A DNA stretch of 64,000 bases from a virus: IMG/VR virus record IMGVR_UViG_3300017992_000021, positions 1-64,000 of that record. One strand, written 5' to 3'. Shown in pieces: positions 25,609 through 35,514 of the stretch; the first letter of the stretch is position 1; the number at the start of each line of letters is the position of its first letter. The notes beneath the pieces are model-generated. The model did no database searches. It worked only from the letters and a program-made list of their open reading frames with translations, and was not told the DNA's origin. Both the position numbers and the translations under genes were made by a program.

Positions 25609-27462
25609 CTACGCTATCCTGTAAAGTGACGCTGACATAATGGGTTCTGTCCCGCGTGTGATTTCGCGTGACAACGACTTAATCTTGTACTTGAAACCGG
25701 TGTCGTCGTCTTGAATAACATCGCCCGGCTCTAACAGAATGTCCCGCTTCATTTCCGAATTCCTGACCGCCTGTTCCGCCAGACGTATCGCCAACTCTCG
25801 TTGTGCGAACGTGCGGAGTCCGGGATTCGTGACTTCCGGGTGGGTTGGCGCGATTGCCGGGACCACAGAATCATCTTCAGTAGAGAAAATATAATTCTTG
25901 ATCTCGACATCTCGGCGCTCCCACTGTCTGAAGGGCTCAGTTCCCGGTATTTGGGAACCAAAGTGCTCAAGCATGGCGTCTACCCGGAGTTCCTTGTAGA
26001 CGGTCTCAAACGGAACACCATGCACTTCAAACTCGTAGTTACCGATCATCTGCAGTACTGTCATGGCGCCAAGCAACAAGCCTTGTGCGGCAAAGTCCAA
26101 AGCCGTAGATGTAGACCATTCGGTATCGGAAGACGGCGGCGGCACTATAGGCGTGGGAGGCGTACCTATACCCCCGTGCACGTGGGCGCTAAGCAGGGTC
26201 TGCCACGCCTTGATCTGAATCATGGCGTCATTTTGCGTAGCATTTTTGGCGTCTAGTAAACCAATGTACCCGGCGAAGAAAGCTGCGAGTGCGGCAACAA
26301 CAAGAGCGGTATCGTTCTCAACCGTAATTCCGTATTTGTACTCCGTCTGCCTGTAGAACTTTGGCGGATACACAGCCGTAATGAAGCCCTCTTCGCGGAA
26401 ATTCTCAATCTTTGGAGAGATGACCGTGCGCCCTTCGGCGTCAGTAACGGAACCAATTTTGACTCGATAAGAATCCTGCTCATCACCACCCCACGCACCT
26501 TCGAACTCGGTACTGGGATCAAAGAACCCAAAAGTGCCTTTCACGGCGAATAGGCGTTGCTCTTTTTTAACGACGTCTGTCAGATCCTTATCCAGCCCGA
26601 TGGCCCTAACACAGTTCACGGCGTCAAATGCTCCTGATGTCTGAGGCAGGTTTGCAATTTGAATACCGGAAAGTGATCTTGCAACGGGGTCATTGAGGCG
26701 TCGCGAGATGTAACGCAGTTTACCTTCACCGTTGAACTGCGGTACGAGGTGCAGCATCTCCCCTAATGTCTGTAGCGCCTTCAGAGGGTTTACCTGCACG
26801 AACTGAAGCTGCTTCTCGATACGGTAGGGCAGCGGGCCTATGAGTACCTCGTCGTTTTCGAGACCCATACCCCATTCAGCATCCGTAGCGAATTCCTTAG
26901 CGATCTGACCGATATCATCGTAATTGTTGCGGTACTGATAACGCTCATCCGGGTTCGGCAATTGATTGGGGAACCACACGCCGTCCGAGGTCAATTCCCA
27001 CTCAGTGTACTGTGCGTCACGACTGATAAAGTTGATATCGACCTTACGCTCTACGCCGCGCTCTGAACGTCCAGTAGAGGGCGTAGTAACCGCGTTCTGA
27101 AGATCCTCCGTCGCGCTGGGCTGCCCCACGTGCCAACCTGTGAATGTCGTGGGCCACTCGGTCTGCGGAATGCGCGCATCGCCCTCTTTCAACTGCACGA
27201 TGCAGTTGTAGAACATGCCCAGTGACACCTTCTCCAATGAGACCGTTAAATCGAGCGAACTCGCATCGCTTTTCATATCCAGCGTGACGGAGCCGTTAGT
27301 TACATACGGCGTGATGTCTACGGGCGTCTGTTTGTAGCTGCCGCGCACGATGTCGCTGTCGGAATCCTGCCAACGCGAGAACAGCAATATCTGAAAATCA
27401 GGCACGTGGTCGTGCGCCTGCACTTTCAGATCGAGATCAGTACCTTGGTACGTACTCAGCAT
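25609..27462 (-). CDS. Putative tail hub protein
   Basis: VDITPYV; FTG; FNGEGKLRY; NCVRAIG; LEPGDVI hub-like pattern. Confidence 0.65.
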   Translation of the reverse strand: MLSTYQGTDLDLKVQAHDHVPDFQILLFSRWQDSDSDIVRGSYKQTPVDITPYVTNGSVTLDMKSDASSLDLTVSLEKVSLGMFYNCIVQLKEGDARIPQTEWPTTFTGWHVGQPSATEDLQNAVTTPSTGRSERGVERKVDINFISRDAQYTEWELTSDGVWFPNQLPNPDERYQYRNNYDDIGQIAKEFATDAEWGMGLENDEVLIGPLPYRIEKQLQFVQVNPLKALQTLGEMLHLVPQFNGEGKLRYISRRLNDPVARSLSGIQIANLPQTSGAFDAVNCVRAIGLDKDLTDVVKKEQRLFAVKGTFGFFDPSTEFEGAWGGDEQDSYRVKIGSVTDAEGRTVISPKIENFREEGFITAVYPPKFYRQTEYKYGITVENDTALVVAALAAFFAGYIGLLDAKNATQNDAMIQIKAWQTLLSAHVHGGIGTPPTPIVPPPSSDTEWSTSTALDFAAQGLLLGAMTVLQMIGNYEFEVHGVPFETVYKELRVDAMLEHFGSQIPGTEPFRQWERRDVEIKNYIFSTEDDSVVPAIAPTHPEVTNPGLRTFAQRELAIRLAEQAVRNSEMKRDILLEPGDVIQDDDTGFKYKIKSLSREITRGTEPIMSASLYRIA

Positions 27463-30400
27463 TACAAGTAACCTTCGGGCGACAGTTTCAGCGGGCTCGA
27501 ATAGTCCGCTGTCAGTTTATATCCGACGTACGTAACCTGCCCGTTGAAATGCGCTGCGGCGACAATGACGTAATCATCGATCGCCAGTTCGCGTCCGGCA
27601 TCACCAAGCTGGTACGCGGTGCCGAGTAACAACGCGCCGTTAATCGTACGCTTGCGGAACGTGGACGGGTTACGGATGACGACCTTGGCCATATTGTAGC
27701 TGGTAAAAGAGCCGTCATTTTCAAATTCAACTTCATTGGTCGCCGCAATGAACTTCATGCGCGGCATCGAGAACTGGTACGCGGCAGAAGCTAGTCCGCC
27801 GGACGAAGGTCCGCCACGGTTGGCGATCGCCATCGTCGTATTCGGCTGTTGGAGTTCCTTAAAAGCGTAGAAGGTGTTCGCGATACGCACCGCCGACTTG
27901 TCGGTGGTCCCGTCGAAGTGTAAGTCCACGTGTGCTGTCGCCGGAGAAGCAAATAGCTGAGACCCCTTACCGAACAAACCAAGACGGTACACGACGCTCT
28001 CCGCCACGTTGTACAACGTGATGGTGCCGACATCGCCGACCAACGTGACGTCCTTCTGTCCACCGCTGGCTTGTACCTCGGCCAAACTGTTTGGCGGGAA
28101 CATGATTGTATTACCGTCGAAAAACGCGTCGATCGTGTTACTGCCCTCAAGCTGGAGTTTCTGTACAGTTGATGGCACCGTTACGACAACGACATTGCCG
28201 CCGTTAGTCCACTGCACCTGCACATAATCCGCCTGCCGGGACATCACGGTAGATAGATTGTAATCGACGGTGGTGCCCGGAGCCTGAGCCAGAGTGACCA
28301 AACCCAGCTTGTCACCTGTGAAAATGAACCCGCTACCGTTCCATACAGCGGGCGTCGTGATCGACATGATGCCCCACTGGTTGAACACGAACTGCGGCAT
28401 CTCTTCAATGACGTCAAGGTCTGGACGCTCCCACATCAGAGGTTCGCCATCGACATTAATCGGGAACGTCTCGCGCACTGTGTAATCGAGCAACGTCGTC
28501 GCATCAACGAGAACGTCTGCTTCAATCACGTAGAATGAATCACCCGCGCTTAAAAGAGAGCGTACATCTAAAACGGGAATCGAGGTACCTGCATCGGGTA
28601 GCCGAAGGGACACAAGCGAATTCCATAAATCGGCCTCGTCCGTCCAAGTAGCGACAGTAGTTCCAGATTCGTCGATCAGTTTGATGTTCGACAGGTTCGG
28701 GTACGGTTGCGGGGCAGCCGGTGCTGGGTCGTAAAAGTCCAGATAGTTCGGGAACCCTATGAACGGCCATGTTACCAACCTCGAATTAAGTAGGTACGTA
28801 GGCGGAGCATCGAGATCCGCGATCGCGCGTTGCCCGCCGACGGCATAAAGTGTGAGTAGCTGGTCCCAGAGAGGCACCTGCCTCACCACGACCTGAGTAT
28901 CTGTAACGCCACACAGCAGGATGTACTGGTCTTCGTGGCCTAGCCGGTGTAAGAACCTGTTATTACTGAAATCGACGATCTCGCTGATGTTGACTTTACC
29001 GCCAACAATGACCGCCTTCGGATTGATGTCTTTCATGCCGTTCTTACCGACAGCTATGAGAGACTCGAAGCGAGGGCCAACCGAGTACAGGTTATTGACG
29101 AACTCAAGATACGCGTCTTCACCCGGATTAAAATCGATGTAGTAGAAATTCGGGTTACCGGTGCCGCTTACGGCGAGATACATCCGGTTGAGTTCCACAT
29201 CGTATGCCAGCGCCACGATATTGTTGAGACCGATATTATCTATCAGCACGTTCGCGCCGGTCTCTTTATGAATCCAGTACATGTCGCGCGGATTGGAAAT
29301 ATCGACGCCAATCAGATGGCGGTAGTCCTCACGGGCGGTGACGCCGTACATCCGATTCGCCATTGAATCGCTACTATCGAGACTGAAGTCGTCGTTTGGA
29401 TCGTATCGACGCATTACCCCGACGGCGCTGGGCGTGTACACGATGTACAGGAAATCGGTCTCCTCATCGAAGCAAATATCGCGACACTGCGAAGCAAGCG
29501 TCTCCGTAGAAATTTGCGTCCACGTATTATCGTTGCGGTCGATCTCATACAAGAACGCGCTGCCGGTTGCTGTTGTCGCGCCGTACAATTTGTTACGCAC
29601 CCTATCGAACGCCAAACCCGTCGGATTACCCGTTAAGGTAGCGGGGGTCCCGATGCGTGTTAAAGCGCCGGTAGCGACGTCGACCTCAAGGATGCTCTTA
29701 CCGCCGTCAGCGGTACAGGCGTACAGTTTCTGGTTTACTGAATCCCACGCTAGGCCGGTAATACTGCGCGGTGTGGCGCCTTCGAGAAACTGTCCTATAG
29801 ACGTCGGCCCGGTAAATCCAAGAGGGTCTTCGATCGCCTGCTTGATGGTCGCTTGCGCGATGCCGAGATCCGTACCGCTGTACTGGTCCCAACCGGGGAA
29901 ATCCTTGCGACGGAACTTGGTAAAGCTGTACGACGACCCGCCCCACGTAACGGTATACAACTGCCGCGCTGTGGCTTCTACGGAGCCGTTCTTCATGAAG
30001 TCGATCGCGAATATCGCATCGCGCTGCTTATCCAGCAGTTCCAGCATGTACGTCTGCGCTTCCGTCGGCCAATTAGCCGTGGACGCAGGCAGCACTATAC
30101 CGTCGCCACCGGAGCGCAGGCGGATCTCGGTAGACGGCGGTGTCGCGCCGAAGCGGAAATCGGTACCGCTCAGCAGCACGTTCGGTATATCGCCGTCATC
30201 GTAAAGCGTGAAGTCAATCGGTACTTCAAGCGGCGACACAACGCGGAACGCGATCACGTAGTCTTTATAATTCGGGTCGTTTTGTGCTGATCGCAGTCGC
30301 ACTCGCAAGTTGTACAGGTGCTGGGCATCTGGGTTAGAGAGTTCGAAAGTACCTGTGCTCGATATCGGCTCTTGGTTAATCGCGATAACACGCGCAGTAG

Positions 30401-30614
30401 TCGTTCCTTCAATAACGCCGTCTTCAAAGACGCTGATGTATTGTGCTCCGCCATAACTACGTACCCCTCCGTCGTTGCGCCAGAACGGGAGGACCGCCAA
30501 GGGGATGCTCACGGTACCACTCAACGTCGGGACGTTGATCGTAACCACGTTCGAAGGATCAGTCAGATCGACAAATCCTTCAGGGTTATTTACACCAGTG
30601 CCGGGTTCTGCCAT
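27462..30614 (-). CDS. Large tail-associated protein with beta-propeller repeats
   Basis: Repeated GLAWD/GLAFD/ALAYD..LY blades. Confidence 0.65.
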   Translation of the reverse strand: MAEPGTGVNNPEGFVDLTDPSNVVTINVPTLSGTVSIPLAVLPFWRNDGGVRSYGGAQYISVFEDGVIEGTTTARVIAINQEPISSTGTFELSNPDAQHLYNLRVRLRSAQNDPNYKDYVIAFRVVSPLEVPIDFTLYDDGDIPNVLLSGTDFRFGATPPSTEIRLRSGGDGIVLPASTANWPTEAQTYMLELLDKQRDAIFAIDFMKNGSVEATARQLYTVTWGGSSYSFTKFRRKDFPGWDQYSGTDLGIAQATIKQAIEDPLGFTGPTSIGQFLEGATPRSITGLAWDSVNQKLYACTADGGKSILEVDVATGALTRIGTPATLTGNPTGLAFDRVRNKLYGATTATGSAFLYEIDRNDNTWTQISTETLASQCRDICFDEETDFLYIVYTPSAVGVMRRYDPNDDFSLDSSDSMANRMYGVTAREDYRHLIGVDISNPRDMYWIHKETGANVLIDNIGLNNIVALAYDVELNRMYLAVSGTGNPNFYYIDFNPGEDAYLEFVNNLYSVGPRFESLIAVGKNGMKDINPKAVIVGGKVNISEIVDFSNNRFLHRLGHEDQYILLCGVTDTQVVVRQVPLWDQLLTLYAVGGQRAIADLDAPPTYLLNSRLVTWPFIGFPNYLDFYDPAPAAPQPYPNLSNIKLIDESGTTVATWTDEADLWNSLVSLRLPDAGTSIPVLDVRSLLSAGDSFYVIEADVLVDATTLLDYTVRETFPINVDGEPLMWERPDLDVIEEMPQFVFNQWGIMSITTPAVWNGSGFIFTGDKLGLVTLAQAPGTTVDYNLSTVMSRQADYVQVQWTNGGNVVVVTVPSTVQKLQLEGSNTIDAFFDGNTIMFPPNSLAEVQASGGQKDVTLVGDVGTITLYNVAESVVYRLGLFGKGSQLFASPATAHVDLHFDGTTDKSAVRIANTFYAFKELQQPNTTMAIANRGGPSSGGLASAAYQFSMPRMKFIAATNEVEFENDGSFTSYNMAKVVIRNPSTFRKRTINGALLLGTAYQLGDAGRELAIDDYVIVAAAHFNGQVTYVGYKLTADYSSPLKLSPEGYL

Positions 30615-32047
30615 TAGAGCATCTCCACTCTCACAACGTTACTCATGCGCGATTCTACAGGAAATCTGAAGCCCCACAAAGGCCCAGCGTGACCCGTGGT
30701 GATTGAACCCGCCGGAGCAATGATTATTTGCACGGCAAGAACGTCACCCGGAACTACTAACGTGAAATTGATCGGCAGCATCAACCACCCCGGCCCGCCG
30801 GGTTGATTCAAGATTACCCCTAGGGGATCTGACTGCCAGATCATGCCGCCGCCCCACGAATATACCAACCCGAAGATATTATCCCGGCGGACTGCCGACT
30901 GATAATCGTTGTACGGGCCGGGCGCAGCATTCTCATACGATAATTCAACGCCGAACGTACCGGGGCCTGTGTACTCGGCAGAATATCCGCCAAAAACCAC
31001 CATGTCGAACGGGGTGCTACCGTAGCTGGCCGGAGGCCAGAAATACATTGGGATCGTGGTCCCCAGCAGCACCTTATCCTGCGTAGGCCACAACAGCGGC
31101 TGGCCGTCAAGGATGGCTAGCCCGTCATTTGGGCTTGGCGTGCTTACTGAAATGATGCTCGGACCGTCTGCGTAATCAGGCGGGATAGTACCGGGAACTC
31201 CCGGCGGTAGTGGCGTCGTAATACCCGGCGTGACCTGCATCATGCGCTCGCGATGCCACCGCTCCCAATCGCCAATCACGTGCGTGTACGCTGTGCCGTA
31301 AGCGTTCAGGAAAAGTTCGTCGTACCACAGTTGTGCTGGCACGCTAGGCTCGGGCAATCTTGTGTATGGGTCTGCGACCGGTACTCGATCACGTACCGGA
31401 TCGAGCAGTGCTTCATCCGGGTCGTACACGCCGTCGGCAGGATCTCGCGTGATATTGTCGTAAAACTCGTCGCCGCATCCTTGATTTCTGGGATCGCCGG
31501 AAAACCGCGATGTCATCGGGTCAGGCAGGCCAAACTGAATGATCGGGGCTATTTCAGGCGGGTCGAACTCTGTCCAGCAGCATGCGAATGCGGCGGTGGC
31601 ACTTGTAATTCTGTCGGAGCATTCGGATACCCAACCTGTCGGACCTTCGGCAACCCAGAAATAGTACGTGCTTTCAATGGTCTTCGAAACGTTCTTAATA
31701 ACAAGATCCAACTTGAAGCACTGTGGCGCGTAGTAATTCACGCCTTGCGGGAAGCCGAGCTTTTCCCCGCCAAGCGCGCCTTCGAGTTCCCATTGATTTT
31801 CCGATGTCTGTGTTGGGTAGCGTGTAGCGACTAGCGTTTCTGCGTCATCGACTACTCGGCTCAACAGGAATTTAACGCTGCCGACGTGTTGGTTGGTCGT
31901 GACCACAAGACGAACGCCGAGCCCGAGCAGCATAGGGTTGTGCGGCGACATGCCCGCATCGGCCTCTCCCAACACCAAAAACAGCCGGTCATTGAAACCG
32001 CGCTTGGTCTTGAGTAGCTCGCCCCTTAATGTGGTCGGACTGGCCAT
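30614..32047 (-). CDS. Putative tail structural protein
   Basis: Position; N-terminal domain resembles the upstream gene's product. Confidence 0.6.
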   Translation of the reverse strand: MASPTTLRGELLKTKRGFNDRLFLVLGEADAGMSPHNPMLLGLGVRLVVTTNQHVGSVKFLLSRVVDDAETLVATRYPTQTSENQWELEGALGGEKLGFPQGVNYYAPQCFKLDLVIKNVSKTIESTYYFWVAEGPTGWVSECSDRITSATAAFACCWTEFDPPEIAPIIQFGLPDPMTSRFSGDPRNQGCGDEFYDNITRDPADGVYDPDEALLDPVRDRVPVADPYTRLPEPSVPAQLWYDELFLNAYGTAYTHVIGDWERWHRERMMQVTPGITTPLPPGVPGTIPPDYADGPSIISVSTPSPNDGLAILDGQPLLWPTQDKVLLGTTIPMYFWPPASYGSTPFDMVVFGGYSAEYTGPGTFGVELSYENAAPGPYNDYQSAVRRDNIFGLVYSWGGGMIWQSDPLGVILNQPGGPGWLMLPINFTLVVPGDVLAVQIIIAPAGSITTGHAGPLWGFRFPVESRMSNVVRVEML

Positions 32048-32856
32048 TAACAACCCTCGTCAATCGTCTCCAGTGTGTCTGAGCAGACGTTGGTGCCGTT
32101 CCAAGCGTTAAATCCGGCGTCAAGATCCTCGATCGTGTAATCCGCGTCGTAATCCTCCGCGCTTATGTCCCTCGTGAGGATGATACCGTTATGGTAGTCG
32201 GTGAAGTAATTGAAGAACGGACACAGTATGCCACTCTCAACGGTCATGAGTAATTCGGACTCATCAAACCAGAATGTTATCTGCTGAGAGCCACTCGGGT
32301 CGTAATCAAGACTTCCGATGTGGCGCCAGATTCGTACCTTGGCCCTTTGGAATTGTTCGAACATCTCGAAGTCACCGACATTTTCAGTGGCGCAACCACG
32401 TACAGGGATTGGCTCGGCAGCGACGTACACAAAATATTCCTGAACAGCCCTGCGTACGATGTTTGTAGTGGTGACTGTGATTTTGAACGTGACTCCGGAC
32501 TCATAGTCGTTCTCCGTAATGCCGCTGAAGCCAAGCGTATCCTCATCGCCTGCTACCGCCATCATCTCGTAACGCTGCGCGGTTATCTGCTTGAACAGGC
32601 TAGTGATGTCCTTACTTACTGACCCAGCTTCGTATTCTAGCGTAACCGTAAAACTACGGGCGTACTGATTAAGGTCGAGCACAACTGTGAGGCCGAGATC
32701 CTTCAAGATGGAATTGTTGATCGCGTCCTGATCGCCATGTCCGGCATCAAATAAGTTGAGGCGTCGCGCTTCCGATCGTGATGCGTTACGGGGCGGGCGC
32801 TCGCCCCAGTAGGCGTCGCTGTAGTTGCTCGAAGTATGGCTAAAACCATACGGCAT
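32047..32856 (-). CDS. Putative tail structural protein
   Basis: Position; likely start MPYGF at 32856. Confidence 0.6.
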   Translation of the reverse strand: MPYGFSHTSSNYSDAYWGERPPRNASRSEARRLNLFDAGHGDQDAINNSILKDLGLTVVLDLNQYARSFTVTLEYEAGSVSKDITSLFKQITAQRYEMMAVAGDEDTLGFSGITENDYESGVTFKITVTTTNIVRRAVQEYFVYVAAEPIPVRGCATENVGDFEMFEQFQRAKVRIWRHIGSLDYDPSGSQQITFWFDESELLMTVESGILCPFFNYFTDYHNGIILTRDISAEDYDADYTIEDLDAGFNAWNGTNVCSDTLETIDEGC

Positions 32857-32864
32857 CACGTCCC

Positions 32865-33557
32865 TCACTCATTGATATTGAACAACCCAGCTTCTCCGGT
32901 ATCGCTTCCGCCAACCGCGAACAGGTTCGCCTGCGGTAACTCTTCTGCGCGGATGCGTAACCAGATTTGCAATTCATTTACAGCCCAACGTTCCTGACTG
33001 TCTTGCATCGTAATCGTTGGCGTACCATCTGTTTGTCGAACAACATCAATGATATGGCGGGCAGAATACCCGCGATATTCGGGATTCCACTCTTCACCGT
33101 TCACGGTGATCTTCAGGATGTCCACCGCGTACGCTTTATGGTTACGGTCGTAGGGCCGCCAGATGATGAATTCCCCGTTATCCCAGTCAGGATCGTTCAA
33201 CCACATGCGTTCGATTTTATGGATGAACTCCCACGTCGCCGACAGGCCGCCATCGGGGCGGAAAATCTCTTTGACGAGGGCGTCTTCGATAACGCGATCG
33301 TACTTGGCAAAGACGTTCGATTTCAACGTCTTTGAAATCGCTAAATCACGCGTCGCCCGGACATCCCACGTAAAGTCCGTGGTTTCATCAGGCAGCCAAG
33401 GGTAAATCGCCCGGCGTTGCTCCAGCGTATCCAACGCGTTGTGGTACAGCAATCGCGTACCGTTCACGCTGTTGGAGAGCGGGTTATAGTACGCGGCGAT
33501 ATGGGAGCCGTGCATGTACGGCCCATACCGAGGACTGGTTCGGGCGAATGTCAGCAT
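32865..33557 (-). CDS. Putative distal tail protein
   Basis: Size and position downstream of the tape measure. Confidence 0.5.
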   Translation of the reverse strand: MLTFARTSPRYGPYMHGSHIAAYYNPLSNSVNGTRLLYHNALDTLEQRRAIYPWLPDETTDFTWDVRATRDLAISKTLKSNVFAKYDRVIEDALVKEIFRPDGGLSATWEFIHKIERMWLNDPDWDNGEFIIWRPYDRNHKAYAVDILKITVNGEEWNPEYRGYSARHIIDVVRQTDGTPTITMQDSQERWAVNELQIWLRIRAEELPQANLFAVGGSDTGEAGLFNINE

Positions 33558-34918
33558 CAGTCAGTCCCTTCGCTTTCGATGATGTCCCCGTTGGCGTCGA
33601 TCGTGGTCTGAAGCGTCAGCTTGTTAAACTGGTTGGTCTCATCATCAAGATCATCCAGATCCAATGATAGATCCGTAATGCCGGGGTTGTACATGGACAC
33701 TTCGTGCGTGGACGGCTGACCCGTCAACTGCGCAGTCAAACGATATCGGGCGTTATGTCCTGCCAACGACATAGCCTTCTCAAGCGTGGCTAGGTCGATC
33801 TGATCTGATGTGCTATCGAAGACGTCGATATTGGCCTTGGCCTTGTAGACTAGCACAAAGTCCAGAGAGTTCTGCGGCACGGCACCAACAATGCGGTGGA
33901 CGTCTAAGATGTAGAACTCATCCTCGTTCGGGAACGTTGTGCTGTTGACGATCAACGTAGGCACGTTGTTGTTATCGATGAAATTCGGATTGCCATCGAT
34001 AGTGAGCGCAAGGTCGTGCGTAATGTTCCACTCGGCATCCGCTGCCGGGAACGTGAATTTACGCCACGTGCCGCTAGCTACGGCTAACAACTCGTCTGCT
34101 GCGACATCGTATGCCAGTCCTGTTTCAGCAACGGCGGTCGTACCGACGAGCGTTGCAGTGCCCACGGAAAGACTAATCTCGTAGATCCTCGGACCACCAT
34201 CAGTTCCAACACCGAATAGTATTCGCCTCCGTGTGTCAAAGGCAAGACCCGCCATCGCGATAGAACCACCGAAGCCTCCTACCAGCGCCGCAGCGCCCGT
34301 TGCTTTATCAATCGTGTAAAGATTCGTCGCCGTACAACCGTACAGGATATTCGTCAGAGGGTCTTGAGCAAGACCAACAACAGTGCCGGGAATGCCTGTC
34401 GCACCAACCGTTGTGGTAGCACCCGGAGGGCCGCCACCTAGTACCGACGCTGGGAACGTGACGAGATCCTGCGAGCTATCCTCCACGGAGTAGAACAACG
34501 CTGCGGACTCGTCGTACTCAAGCCCGTTCATACCTTTGTCCATGGTGATCTGCAAGATCGTCGCACCAGATGCTTTGTTGATCTCATGGAACTCGCTCGC
34601 GATCGCACTGCCGTCCATACCGTACAACTTATCGTTCGTTGAGTCGTAAGCAGCGTCTTCGGGCGCACCGGGACCACCGGCACCACCAATTAGCGTCTCC
34701 GGCAAATTGGGGTTACCGAGCACAGCCACCTGCGGCATCGTGAACGTGCCGGGAGTACCTGCGGGCGTAGCACCCGGATCAAGACGTGCGATACCTACAC
34801 CATACAGCGCGGGCGGCGCTGGTATGAAATCTGACGCCTGAAATGGCGAGAAAATCCGAATCGCGTCCTGATCTCTCACAGGGATGATCTGAAGGGTTGG
34901 CAATGCGTTCCAAGGCAT
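33557..34918 (-). CDS. Tail-associated beta-propeller protein
   Basis: Blades AAYD, GLEYD, GLAQD, GLAFD, GLAYD. Confidence 0.65.
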   Translation of the reverse strand: MPWNALPTLQIIPVRDQDAIRIFSPFQASDFIPAPPALYGVGIARLDPGATPAGTPGTFTMPQVAVLGNPNLPETLIGGAGGPGAPEDAAYDSTNDKLYGMDGSAIASEFHEINKASGATILQITMDKGMNGLEYDESAALFYSVEDSSQDLVTFPASVLGGGPPGATTTVGATGIPGTVVGLAQDPLTNILYGCTATNLYTIDKATGAAALVGGFGGSIAMAGLAFDTRRRILFGVGTDGGPRIYEISLSVGTATLVGTTAVAETGLAYDVAADELLAVASGTWRKFTFPAADAEWNITHDLALTIDGNPNFIDNNNVPTLIVNSTTFPNEDEFYILDVHRIVGAVPQNSLDFVLVYKAKANIDVFDSTSDQIDLATLEKAMSLAGHNARYRLTAQLTGQPSTHEVSMYNPGITDLSLDLDDLDDETNQFNKLTLQTTIDANGDIIESEGTD

Positions 34919-34929
34919 AACAACGTCCT

Positions 34930-35505
34930 TTACTGGTCGCGGGCACTTACCTCACCGATTACCCGGTGAGTTTCATCCACAAATTTCTTCTGCGTGTACT
35001 GGTACTGCAGTACAGCCGTGGGGTCCGAGGGATCTTTATCGTAAATCGAGATGACCGTCGTAGTCGGAATCCCCTTATCGATAGCGGTGTGCTCTATCTT
35101 CGCATACAACCCTAGAAGACCGGCGATGCGTTCGATGTACTCATTGATCGTTGCCGTGTTAGCCGGGCCGACCGTGCCGAAGTTGTTGGAGAACACTGAG
35201 AAGTGCCATTCATCCTTGAGCAACATCGTAGAGTCGAAGGTACGAACGCGGTAAATTTCGCCAGTCGAATAAAGCGACGAAGCAAGGTTTACCTTGATGA
35301 AGTTTCCCTCGGCGGGCCAATTGATTGTACCGGTCGCTTTCACCGTGAGTGTAGAAACCTCGACGATCTCATAATCCCACGTAGTTGCACCACCCGCACC
35401 GAACGTCGGGTCTGGTAGGAAAATCATGACGTCAGTACCAATCTGGTACTTCTGGAGAGTCGTCGTCTCCATGCTTCCGCCGTAACTCCGTGCTCCAGAA
35501 GGCAT
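34930..35505 (-). CDS. Putative virion structural protein
   Basis: Directly after the tape measure; GGAG RBS. Confidence 0.6.
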   Translation of the reverse strand: MPSGARSYGGSMETTTLQKYQIGTDVMIFLPDPTFGAGGATTWDYEIVEVSTLTVKATGTINWPAEGNFIKVNLASSLYSTGEIYRVRTFDSTMLLKDEWHFSVFSNNFGTVGPANTATINEYIERIAGLLGLYAKIEHTAIDKGIPTTTVISIYDKDPSDPTAVLQYQYTQKKFVDETHRVIGEVSARDQ

Positions 35506-35514
35506 AATTTACTC

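Noticed and set aside
23285-35505. Diversity-generating retroelement acting on tail genes
   Set aside because: No reverse transcriptase and no near-identical template/variable repeat pair noticed; paralogy is only at protein level
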